Assembly (NCBI GenBank): GCA_041182705.1
Contig: JBEGNC010000118.1
Location: 1-40,070, forward strand
DNA length: 40,070 nt
Direction: 5' to 3'
DNA from: Actinomycetota bacterium
GTDB taxonomy: Bacteria; Actinomycetota; Actinomycetes; Nanopelagicales; Nanopelagicaceae
In this document: positions 17,384 to 25,394 of the stretch, piece after piece
Layout of the letters: every line of letters starts with the position of its first letter
How positions within the stretch are numbered: position 1 is the stretch's first letter
Program-made: the position numbers and the translations under genes
Notes under the pieces: generated by a model
What the model was told of the DNA's origin: nothing
The model's input: only the letters and a program-made list of their open reading frames with translations
Databases searched by the model: none

Positions 17384-18399
17384 AATCTCTCTCCTTCACT
17401 TACTCGATAAACCTTCTTCTCAGTCACGACAGCAGTTATGTAACGTGCTGGTGTCACATCGAAGGCTGGGTTATATGTCCGAGAACCTTTTGGCGCGGTT
17501 GGAACGCCGGCGAATTCCGTCATCTCGCGATCATCGCGGAACTCAATCTCGATCTGACTGCCATCGGCAAGTGATCGATCTACCGTCGATTCTGGCGCAA
17601 CTACAAAGAATGGGACGCCAACTGCATGAGCTGCGACAGCCACCGCCAATGATCCGATCTTGTTCGCTGAATCGCCATTACGTGCAATCCGATCCGCGCC
17701 GATTGCCACAGCGTCGATTAGCCCCGCAAAGAGCGCACTTGCGGCTGCACCATCCGGAAGAATTCGATATGGAATTCCAATCTGAGCCAATTCCCATGCA
17801 GTCAGACGAGCGCCCTGGAGCAGTGGCCTGGTCTCATCAGCGAAAACCTCGCGAACCTTTCCGCGATCATTTAGTTCTTGGATCATTCCAAGAGCAGTTC
17901 CCCACTCGGTGGTCGCCAGCGCACCGGTATTGCAATGAGTAAGTATTGTGAAATCACCACTCTTGCCAGATTTAGCGAGGAGTTCAATTAGATGGTCTGC
18001 ACCAAGGGAACCCATTGCGCGATTGGCCCGACCATCTTCTGCAGCCATCTCGAGGGCGCGCTTTAACACCGCTGCCGCACCATCTTTGAGAAGCGGCCGT
18101 ACTTGATCGACTCCCCAAGCAAGATTCACCGCTGTCGGACGAGCAGTTCGCAACTCATCAACTGCTTTATCGATGCTTGCTGCGCTCCAGGAATCGCGCT
18201 CCGCATTCTTGGCGATCAAAGCTACGCCAAATGCGCCTGCGACACCGAGAGCTGGTGCGCCGCGAATCGCCAAACGCTTTATGGCATCTATTAATTGGAG
18301 ATGGTCATCAATCACCAATTCGACAGTTTCCAATGGCAGCCGCGTCTGGTCGAGCAGGTGGATCTGGCCATCTGCTTCGCTCCAACTTATGGTGCGCAC
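17380..18399 (-). CDS. mtnA: S-methyl-5-thioribose-1-phosphate isomerase (eIF-2B alpha/beta/delta-like family)
   Basis: It has the N-terminal IHLLDQTRLP and the GADRIARNGDSANKIGS motif. It has a GTG start at 18399 and a size of 339 aa. Confidence 0.85.
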   Translation of the reverse strand: MRTISWSEADGQIHLLDQTRLPLETVELVIDDHLQLIDAIKRLAIRGAPALGVAGAFGVALIAKNAERDSWSAASIDKAVDELRTARPTAVNLAWGVDQVRPLLKDGAAAVLKRALEMAAEDGRANRAMGSLGADHLIELLAKSGKSGDFTILTHCNTGALATTEWGTALGMIQELNDRGKVREVFADETRPLLQGARLTAWELAQIGIPYRILPDGAAASALFAGLIDAVAIGADRIARNGDSANKIGSLAVAVAAHAVGVPFFVVAPESTVDRSLADGSQIEIEFRDDREMTEFAGVPTAPKGSRTYNPAFDVTPARYITAVVTEKKVYRVSEGERL

Positions 18400-18451
18400 C
18401 TGCCTAGCCTAAACCCAACCTTTACCCTTGCTTCACCTGGGCTGGAGCGTA

Positions 18452-18480
18452 ATTACCTCTCATTCGTTACCTTCTTGTAA
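18452..18480 (-). promoter_or_regulatory. candidate sigma70-type promoter for the mtnA operon
   Basis: The minus strand reads TTACAA-17 nt-GGTAAT about 50 nt upstream of the mtnA GTG. This rests on the sequence pattern only. Confidence 0.25.
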
Positions 18481-18602
18481 TAGAAGCCACGCAAGCCATC
18501 GCCGCAGGCGGCTAATAATTGAAATCGCGCTTGGATAGGATTTCGGACGTCTCCAACGCGTTCCCCGCGTATTTCTTGATAAGGATTTACTCTCGTTGGG
18601 AG

Positions 18603-18618
18603 ATAATCGATCGATTAT
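18603..18618. promoter_or_regulatory. perfect 16-bp palindrome ATAATCGATCGATTAT, a candidate operator
   Basis: I verified base by base that it equals its own reverse complement. It overlaps a -10-like GATAAT (18602-18607) and lies 44 nt upstream of the BMP transporter ATG, in the only long intergenic region. Confidence 0.45.
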
Positions 18619-18620
18619 TG

Positions 18621-18643
18621 CTAACGCACTAATCACGCGTTAG
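18621..18643. promoter_or_regulatory. inverted repeat CTAACGC-N9-GCGTTAG (second operator half-site pair or 5'-UTR hairpin)
   Basis: It has perfect 7-bp arms and ends about 6 nt before the SD region GAGAGGAG of the BMP gene. Confidence 0.35.
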
Positions 18644-18661
18644 TCACTTGAGAGGAGTTAC

Positions 18662-19708
18662 ATGTTCAAGCGTATTGCGACTATCGTCGCAGCGTTAAGC
18701 ATTTCACTATTCGGTCTCGTTGGCTGCAGCAGCAGCGATGAGAATGCGGCAATCACAGAAGCTGATTGCGGCACCGAAGGTGCATTCTGTATCGGCCTAG
18801 TAACCGACACTGGCAAGGTTGATGACAAGTCATTCAACCAGTCTGCTTGGGAAGGTGCTGTAGCTGGCGCAGAGACAGTTGGTGGTTTCGCGAAGTACAT
18901 TGAGACCATTGATCCAAAAGATTATGCAACCAACATCGGACAGTTTGCCGAAAATGGTTACAACGTGATCATCGGTGTCGGCTTCTTGATGGCTGAAGCG
19001 ATGACTACCGCAGCAAATCAATATCCAGATATCAAGTTCATCGGTGTCGACCAGTTCCAAGGAACTGCGCTACCGAACTTGACTGGCCTTGTGTTCCCAG
19101 AAGATAAGGCTGGCTTCCTTGCTGGCTATCTCGCTGGCCACCTAACAACTTCTGGAAAGACTGGCGCCGTTCTCGGCACCGAAGTCGTTCCACCAGTCCG
19201 TTACTTCGGCGAAGGCTTCCGCAATGGCGTTGCCTACGCAGCTCAGGAAATGGGCAAGAGCTATCCAGAGACTCGTCTCGTCTATCACGCACCAGATAAC
19301 GCATTCAATGACCCAGCATGGGGCGCAGCCACTGCAAAGCAGTTGCTCTCCCAGGGTTATGACGTCATCTTCGGTGCTGGTGGAAATACCGGTAACGGCG
19401 CGCTCCTCGAGATCGCTAAGACCCCAGGTGCATATTGCATCGGTGTCGACGCTGATCAATGGGGAACACTGCCTGAAGCACAACCTTGCCTCGTAACTTC
19501 AGCGATGAAGTTGATCGACAAGGGCGTTGCAGCTCTAATCGAGCAGGCATCTGATGGATCAATCGCTGGCGGAAACTTCTTTGGTGAAGTCGGCCTTGCT
19601 CCTTACCATGACTTCGATTCCAAGCTCGCTCAGGACATCAAGGACAAGGTGGCTGCTCTAACGCCACAGGTCATCGATGGAACTGTTGCAACTGGAGTTA
19701 AGTTGTAA
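18662..19708 (+). CDS. BMP family (PnrA-like) ABC transporter substrate-binding lipoprotein, probably nucleoside-binding
   Basis: It has a lipobox (LFGLVGCSS) and the BMP motif DDKSFNQSAWEG. The size is 348 aa. Confidence 0.85.
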   Translation: MFKRIATIVAALSISLFGLVGCSSSDENAAITEADCGTEGAFCIGLVTDTGKVDDKSFNQSAWEGAVAGAETVGGFAKYIETIDPKDYATNIGQFAENGYNVIIGVGFLMAEAMTTAANQYPDIKFIGVDQFQGTALPNLTGLVFPEDKAGFLAGYLAGHLTTSGKTGAVLGTEVVPPVRYFGEGFRNGVAYAAQEMGKSYPETRLVYHAPDNAFNDPAWGAATAKQLLSQGYDVIFGAGGNTGNGALLEIAKTPGAYCIGVDADQWGTLPEAQPCLVTSAMKLIDKGVAALIEQASDGSIAGGNFFGEVGLAPYHDFDSKLAQDIKDKVAALTPQVIDGTVATGVKL

Positions 19709-19724
19709 GAGTCCTGTGACTCTA

Positions 19725-19758
19725 GAAGAGGGGAGGCGCGTGTGCGTCTCCCCTCTTC
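19725..19758 (+). other. stable stem-loop between the SBP and permease genes (possible partial terminator or mRNA-stabilising hairpin)
   Basis: GAAGAGGGGAG (19725-19735) pairs perfectly with CTCCCCTCTTC (19748-19758), and further partial pairing is possible in the 12-nt loop. No U-tract follows, so it is not a canonical intrinsic terminator. Confidence 0.5.
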
Positions 19759-19789
19759 AAATTAACCAGCAAAAGAGGAAGAATCAGGG

Positions 19790-20854
19790 TTGATGAAGAT
19801 ATCGGTAAGTAACAAGCAACTTCAGGCAATCTCCGTGCCATTACTTTCGATTGCCATTGCCCTCTTCTTCGGTGGGATCATGATTGCGCTTCAAGGAATC
19901 AACCCGCTGTATGCATATCAAGTTCTATTCATAAAAGCCTTTGGTTCCATCGAGGGAATCGCGACAACTTTGGCAAAGGCCACGCCATTGGTATTAAGCG
20001 GCCTTGCTGTCGCAGTTTGTCTGCGCGCTGGCCTGTTCAACATCGGTGCCCAAGGTCAGTTGATATCTGGCGCACTCGCCTCAGCTTGGGCCGGTTATTA
20101 CTTCGTCGGTCTGCCTAGCTTGGTACATATTCCATTAGCGTTACTTTTTGGCGCAGTCTTCGGTGCTCTTGTTGCACTCGTTGCTGGCGCACTCAAGGCT
20201 TATCGTGGCGTACATGAAGTGATCACAACCATCATGCTCAATAGCATCGTGATCGCACTTGCCGACTATCTAGCAAGCACGCCATTCAAGGAGCCAGATC
20301 AGCCTCTTACTCGCACTCCAGCGATCCAGGATTCCGCGCGCATCCCAGATATCTTCGGATTACCGCTTGGTTTCTTCATGGCAGTAGGACTTTCGGTTGC
20401 GCTCTGGTGGTTGATTATGAATACGACCACAGGTTTCCGTATCGAGACCATCGGAAGGAATCGGAATGCTGGTTGGTATGCCGGTATTTCAGTTAAGCGC
20501 GTGATCTTGATCAGCATGCTATTTGGCGGATCAATCGCTGGACTTGCTGGCGCTATCGAGACTCTTAGTATCACTGGAAGATTCGAGCCAGCATTCAATG
20601 CTGGTTTGGGTTTCGACGGGATCACCGTCGCCCTACTAGGAAGAGCTAATCCTTTAGGCGTTATCCCAGCAGCAATCTTGATCGGTGGAATGCGCGGCGC
20701 CGCTTCAACTATGCAATTCCGCGCGGGCGTAGCACCTGAGATTGTCGATTTGCTTCTTGCATTGATTCTATTCTTCGTTACGGCGCCGCTATTGATGCGT
20801 CTTTTGAAGAAGAAGCAAGAGGGTATCTCCCTTTCGAGCGGATGGAGTAACTAA
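19790..20854 (+). CDS. ABC transporter permease (BMP/simple-sugar type)
   Basis: It is a multi-TM protein of 354 aa. The start is TTG 19790 or ATG 19793, after AGAGGA. Confidence 0.85.
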   Translation: MMKISVSNKQLQAISVPLLSIAIALFFGGIMIALQGINPLYAYQVLFIKAFGSIEGIATTLAKATPLVLSGLAVAVCLRAGLFNIGAQGQLISGALASAWAGYYFVGLPSLVHIPLALLFGAVFGALVALVAGALKAYRGVHEVITTIMLNSIVIALADYLASTPFKEPDQPLTRTPAIQDSARIPDIFGLPLGFFMAVGLSVALWWLIMNTTTGFRIETIGRNRNAGWYAGISVKRVILISMLFGGSIAGLAGAIETLSITGRFEPAFNAGLGFDGITVALLGRANPLGVIPAAILIGGMRGAASTMQFRAGVAPEIVDLLLALILFFVTAPLLMRLLKKKQEGISLSSGWSN

Positions 20855-21834
20855 TGAAGATTCGGCTTGGTTACCTATCTGCGATTCCACTGCTTGTGGC
20901 TTTTGTCTACTTCTATCAAGTAAATTCGATGATCACGACCTCGGTGCTATTCACAGCAATCCCATTTGCGCTACCACTTGCGCTTGCGGCGATGGTCGGT
21001 GTGATGTGCGAGCGGACCGGAATCGTGAATATTGGTATCGAAGGGACTATGTTGGTCTCGGCCTTCACTGCTTTCTTCATCGGCGCCATCGTCAAGGACA
21101 CTGTGATCGGTTTAGCGGTCGGCATTGTGACCGGCGCGTTAGTTGGGCTCTTGCTATCGCTTATGACGATCTCCTGGAAGATGGATCAGATCATCGCGGG
21201 CGTGATCATCAATATCATGGCTGCAGGAATAACTTCATTCCTTTACAAGCAGAATTATTCGATCCCAGGGACTCTGCCACCGATTGACCTACCGATCATT
21301 GGTGACTTGCCGGTGCTGGGGCCGATCTTGTCCAAGCATGGTCCGATCACCTATTTCGGAATCGTCTTCATCATCGGTCTCTGGGTAGGCCTCTACAAGA
21401 CGCCGTGGGGCCTTCGCTCTCGATCAGTCGGCGAACATCCATCGAGCGCAGATACTGCAGGTGTCTCGGTGATTCGCCTCCGCTACATCAATGTGACGAT
21501 TGCTGGCGCTGTAGGTGGACTTGCTGGAAGTTATCTCGCTTTGGAAGCGGTTGGAATATTCGAGCGCGGTTTCACTGCAGGAAAGGGCTTCACGGCCCTT
21601 GCAATCATGATCTTTGGAAGATGGAATCCGATGGGCGCATTCGCAGCAGCGCTCTTCTTCGGCCTTGCGCAAGCCGTTACAAATCAATTGATGATCGATG
21701 AGATCGTCAAGATCCCACAGCAATTCATCAATATGTTGCCATATGTTCTGACCATCTTGATCCTTGCAATCTCAGCAGGCAAAGTTCGGCCGCCAGCAGC
21801 CGAAGGAATCCCATATGAGAAGGAGAAGGTATGA
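20854..21834 (+). CDS. ABC transporter permease (BMP/simple-sugar type)
   Basis: It is a multi-TM protein of 326 aa. Its start overlaps the upstream stop by 1 nt. Confidence 0.85.
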   Translation: MKIRLGYLSAIPLLVAFVYFYQVNSMITTSVLFTAIPFALPLALAAMVGVMCERTGIVNIGIEGTMLVSAFTAFFIGAIVKDTVIGLAVGIVTGALVGLLLSLMTISWKMDQIIAGVIINIMAAGITSFLYKQNYSIPGTLPPIDLPIIGDLPVLGPILSKHGPITYFGIVFIIGLWVGLYKTPWGLRSRSVGEHPSSADTAGVSVIRLRYINVTIAGAVGGLAGSYLALEAVGIFERGFTAGKGFTALAIMIFGRWNPMGAFAAALFFGLAQAVTNQLMIDEIVKIPQQFINMLPYVLTILILAISAGKVRPPAAEGIPYEKEKV

Positions 21835-23339
21835 CAAATCTCCTTGACGTCAGAAATATCAGCAAAGCCTTCGGGTCGGTTCAGGCCAACTCAGATATCT
21901 CGTTATCGGTAGCTCCAGGCGAGATTGTTGCGCTACTTGGCGAGAATGGCGCAGGTAAGTCGACGCTGGTCAAGGCGGTCTTTGGATTAGTTCGCCCAGA
22001 TTCTGGAACGATTGCAATCAAAGGTGAACAACTAACACCGGGCGATACCGCAGGTGCGATTGCGCGTGGCGTCGGTATGGTGCACCAGCATTTCCAATTG
22101 GTCCCAGTCATGACCGTTACCGAGAATTTGATATTGGGCGATGAACCAAAGAGATTCGGCTTCCTGCAGATGAATCGTGCTCGTAAAGAAGCCCAAGAAC
22201 TCTCTGAGCGATATGGCTTAGAAGTAGATCCAGATGCATTGATTGAGGATCTTCCAGTTGGTATGGCGCAGCGTGTCGAGATTCTAAAGGCGCTACGCCG
22301 TGATGTTAGCTTGTTGATTCTAGATGAGCCGACTGCGGTACTTACCCCGCAAGAGACCGATGAACTTCTCGCCGTGCTACGGAATCTTGCTAAGAAGGGC
22401 GTGGGCATACTCTTCATCACCCATAAATTGCGCGAAGTGATGGCGATCGCAGATCGCGTCGTCGTTCTGCGAAATGGAAAGTTAGTCGGCACGACTTCAC
22501 CAAAAGAGAGTAGTGAAGCCCAATTAGCCCAGATGATGGTCGGCCGAGCAGTGGTCTTGGAAGTAGAGAAAGGACCGGCAAAACCTAAGGATCCAGCGCT
22601 GGTTGTCGACGGAATCAAAGTGCTCGACGATCGCAAATTAGAAGCGGTTAAGGGGCTATCGCTCTCCGTAAAGTCCGGTGAGATCCTCGGCATCGCAGGT
22701 GTCGAAGGTAATGGCCAGCGAGAATTAGTCGAGGCAATCTGTGGGATGCGTTCTCGAATCGAAGGAACCGTATCGATAAATGGAAATCCATTACCCAATC
22801 TCAATCCGAAAGCCGCCCATGAGGCTGGAGTTTCGCATATACCTGAGGATCGCGAGAAGCATGGCTTGGTATCAAGTTACTCAATCTCGGATAACTTGAT
22901 CTTGAACTGTTTCGACCAAGAACCATATGCACATGGCTGGGTCAGAGATCACGCCGCTGTTGCTGCCAATGGCGCTGCACTGGTTAAGGAATTCGATATC
23001 CGAACTCCCAGTCCGGATCTACCAGCCGGTTCTCTCTCTGGCGGGAACAAGCAAAAAGTCGTTGTAGCGCGTGAACTTAGTCAGGATCTCAGTGTTGTCG
23101 TTGCAGCCCAACCAACACGCGGCGTCGATGTCGGATCTATTGAATTCATCCATAATCAATTGATTGCTGCGCGCGATAATGGAGCTGCGGTCCTCTTGGT
23201 TTCCGCTGAATTGGATGAAGTACTTTCGCTATCCGACCGAATCTCGGTTATCTATGCCGGGAAGATCGTCGCTACCTTCGATTCTGAAGGTGCGGATCGA
23301 GCGAAGATCGGACGGATGATGGCTGGGTTAACTGATTAA
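21831..23339 (+). CDS. ABC transporter ATP-binding protein with two fused ABC domains
   Basis: It has Walker A GENGAGKST, a second P-loop GVEGNGQRE, the signature LSGGNKQK and a Walker B ILDEPT. It has a 4-nt overlap with the upstream permease. Confidence 0.9.
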   Translation: MTNLLDVRNISKAFGSVQANSDISLSVAPGEIVALLGENGAGKSTLVKAVFGLVRPDSGTIAIKGEQLTPGDTAGAIARGVGMVHQHFQLVPVMTVTENLILGDEPKRFGFLQMNRARKEAQELSERYGLEVDPDALIEDLPVGMAQRVEILKALRRDVSLLILDEPTAVLTPQETDELLAVLRNLAKKGVGILFITHKLREVMAIADRVVVLRNGKLVGTTSPKESSEAQLAQMMVGRAVVLEVEKGPAKPKDPALVVDGIKVLDDRKLEAVKGLSLSVKSGEILGIAGVEGNGQRELVEAICGMRSRIEGTVSINGNPLPNLNPKAAHEAGVSHIPEDREKHGLVSSYSISDNLILNCFDQEPYAHGWVRDHAAVAANGAALVKEFDIRTPSPDLPAGSLSGGNKQKVVVARELSQDLSVVVAAQPTRGVDVGSIEFIHNQLIAARDNGAAVLLVSAELDEVLSLSDRISVIYAGKIVATFDSEGADRAKIGRMMAGLTD

Positions 23340-23341
23340 CC

Positions 23342-24094
23342 ATGGCTAAGTTGGCCTTGATCGCAGGTACCGGTTTCTATGACCTACCTAATCTAACCGA
23401 CCGTAATGAACGGCTCGTCGATACCAAATATGGGCAAGCTAAAGTCATTGAAGGAAGATTGGGCGATATCGAACTGGTCTTCCTGACCCGCCATGGCAGC
23501 GGCCACACCATCCCGCCTCATATGATCAATTATCGAGCCAATATCAAGGCTTTACAGGACCTCGGCGTCTCATCGGTAATAGCGGTAAATGTGGTCGGTG
23601 GCGTAGATCCCACTTTGAAACCTGGTGACTTAACTTTGATCGATGACTTCATCGATTACACATCAGGGCGGATCAATACATTCTTTGATGGTGGTGACGA
23701 GTTTGGCGTCCAGCATATCGACATGACAAATGTATACGACAAGAAAATCCAAGCAGCTCTTCTGGCAAGCGCAACCTCACTTGGAATTAGCTTGCGAACC
23801 GGTGCTGTTTATGCCGGATTTAATGGGCCGCGTTTCGAGACCCCGGCAGAGATTCGGATGGTGGCTCAGGCGGGTGGAACCGTAGTTGGGATGACTGGTT
23901 GTCCGGAAGCAGCGCTCGCACGCGAGATTGCGCTGCCTTATGCAGCAATTGCGCTTATCGTGAATCCCGCTGCCGGCTTAAGCGAGGAAGAGATAACCAT
24001 GGAGGAAATTAATCGCGCATTGGATGCAGGACGGAATAAGGTACTTGCTATCTTGGCTGATGCAGTCTCGCGGATTGCGAAAGCAAGTGAGTGA
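23342..24094 (+). CDS. mtnP: S-methyl-5'-thioadenosine (or 5'-methylthioinosine) phosphorylase, MTAP family
   Basis: It has LTRHGSGHTIPPHMINYRANIKAL and GPRFETPAEIRM typical of MTAP-family phosphorylases. The size is 250 aa. Confidence 0.8.
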   Translation: MAKLALIAGTGFYDLPNLTDRNERLVDTKYGQAKVIEGRLGDIELVFLTRHGSGHTIPPHMINYRANIKALQDLGVSSVIAVNVVGGVDPTLKPGDLTLIDDFIDYTSGRINTFFDGGDEFGVQHIDMTNVYDKKIQAALLASATSLGISLRTGAVYAGFNGPRFETPAEIRMVAQAGGTVVGMTGCPEAALAREIALPYAAIALIVNPAAGLSEEEITMEEINRALDAGRNKVLAILADAVSRIAKASE

Positions 24095-25394
24095 ATTAGA
24101 TCTTTCGATAGCTAATGCAAGTTATCTGATCACATCAAATAGCACTGGGGAGATTCATCAGGACGTCTCGATTGGAATCAAGGATGGCGCGATTGTAGAG
24201 ATTTCCAATTCACCACTGACTGCCACGCACACTTATGATGCAAGAGGTAAGTTGGTTGCGCCAGGCTTGATAAATGCGCATACCCATCTTGCTATGACGC
24301 TCTTCCGCGGCTGGGCTGAAGGGGTCGATCTTCAAGGATTCTTGGAATTGGTCTGGGCAGCTGAGGGCGCAATCATGGATGCACCGACGGCTGAACTTGG
24401 CACCAAGTTAGGCGCTTATGAAGCGCTCCTTAGTGGAACGACCACAGCCCTTGATATGTATCTATTTCCAGATGCAGCCCACCGGGGCGCAGTCGCAGCC
24501 GGCCTACGCCATCTCGGCGGGCCGATTTTCTTTGATTTTCCCGGGCTAGACGGGCTGGAGTGGGAGGAGCGGCTCGCCTTAGCGCGACGCTGGCCTGCGA
24601 TCCTGGCAGAGATTGGTGGCCCTGAAGTGCCTGGGTATCTGATGCCACATGCAACCTATACCTGCTCGCCAGAACATCTGACTGAGATTGCATCAATTGC
24701 AACCGAACTCGATTACTACATACACATCCACGCATCTGAGAACTTACGTGAGAATCAAGATGTAGCGACCCAGTATCACCGGACTCCTACTGAGATTCTT
24801 GCCGATTCGAAGATCATCGATCGCAACGTCGTATTAGGTCATGGCGTTCATCTCAGTGATTCAGATCTTAAGCTCCTGAGTGGACGAGGTGCGGTAGCGC
24901 ACTGCCCGGGAAGTAATTTGAAACTCGCTAGCGGCATTGCGGATATCCGGAAGTATCAAGGAACTGGTGTTGGCGTCGCTCTCGGAACTGACGGTTGTTC
25001 ATCGAGTAACGATCTCGATATGTGGGTCGTTATGCGATTGGCTGCGTACTTGATTGCCCAGACCAGATCACCACGTGAAGTATCTGCAGAACAAGTCTTT
25101 CGAATGGCGACGATTGATGGGGCAAGGGCCCTTGGAATCGATCACCTTGTCGGAAGTGTGGAAGTTGGTAAGCGCGCCGATTTGATCGCTCTCGAGCTGG
25201 ATGCGCCGCATCTAATTCCGATGTATGACCCATTTGCCCAACTCGTCTTTGCAGCTGGCCGCTCCGATGTAAGCGATGTCTGGGTTGATGGCGAACAAGT
25301 GATCGCTGCAAGAAAATCGACGCGATTGGATTACCCAGAACTTCGAAGCGCGGTATTGGCAAAGACCGAAGGATTGAAAGAGCGGTTGAAGTGA
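24087..25394 (+). CDS. mtaD: amidohydrolase, 5'-methylthioadenosine/S-adenosylhomocysteine (5'-deoxyadenosine) deaminase type
   Basis: It has the metal motif INAHTHLAM, HASE and LGTDGCSSSNDLDM. I prefer GTG 24087 (435 aa, 8-nt overlap with the mtnP stop). The ORF-track ATG at 24024 would overlap mtnP by 71 nt. Confidence 0.75.
   Translation: MSELDLSIANASYLITSNSTGEIHQDVSIGIKDGAIVEISNSPLTATHTYDARGKLVAPGLINAHTHLAMTLFRGWAEGVDLQGFLELVWAAEGAIMDAPTAELGTKLGAYEALLSGTTTALDMYLFPDAAHRGAVAAGLRHLGGPIFFDFPGLDGLEWEERLALARRWPAILAEIGGPEVPGYLMPHATYTCSPEHLTEIASIATELDYYIHIHASENLRENQDVATQYHRTPTEILADSKIIDRNVVLGHGVHLSDSDLKLLSGRGAVAHCPGSNLKLASGIADIRKYQGTGVGVALGTDGCSSSNDLDMWVVMRLAAYLIAQTRSPREVSAEQVFRMATIDGARALGIDHLVGSVEVGKRADLIALELDAPHLIPMYDPFAQLVFAAGRSDVSDVWVDGEQVIAARKSTRLDYPELRSAVLAKTEGLKERLK

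Noticed and set aside
17445-17942. A 165-aa plus-strand ORF.
   Set aside because: It is antisense to mtnA. It is Arg/Ser/Pro/His/Gln-rich, low in complexity and has no recognisable family.
18400-18661. A tRNA, small RNA gene or riboswitch in the 262-bp intergenic region, and mini-ORFs on the minus strand (MACVASITRR, MRGNYAPAQVKQG).
   Set aside because: There is no tRNA-like T-arm/anticodon architecture and no match to any riboswitch consensus I can recall. The mini-ORFs have no SD and are too short to support. I kept the region only as a regulatory-region finding.
21881-22804. A 307-aa ORF on the minus strand.
   Set aside because: It is entirely antisense to the well-supported double ABC ATPase gene. 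It has the Ser/Arg/Pro/Thr-rich composition typical of antisense frames of biased coding sequence, and I recognise no motif in it.
24024-24086. The upstream ATG start for the deaminase (456-aa version).
   Set aside because: It would overlap mtnP by 71 nt. GTG 24087 gives a typical ~435-aa MtaD-type length and an 8-nt coupling overlap. The N-terminal extension (MQDGIRYLLSWLMQSRGLRKQ) is just the alternative frame of the mtnP C-terminus.
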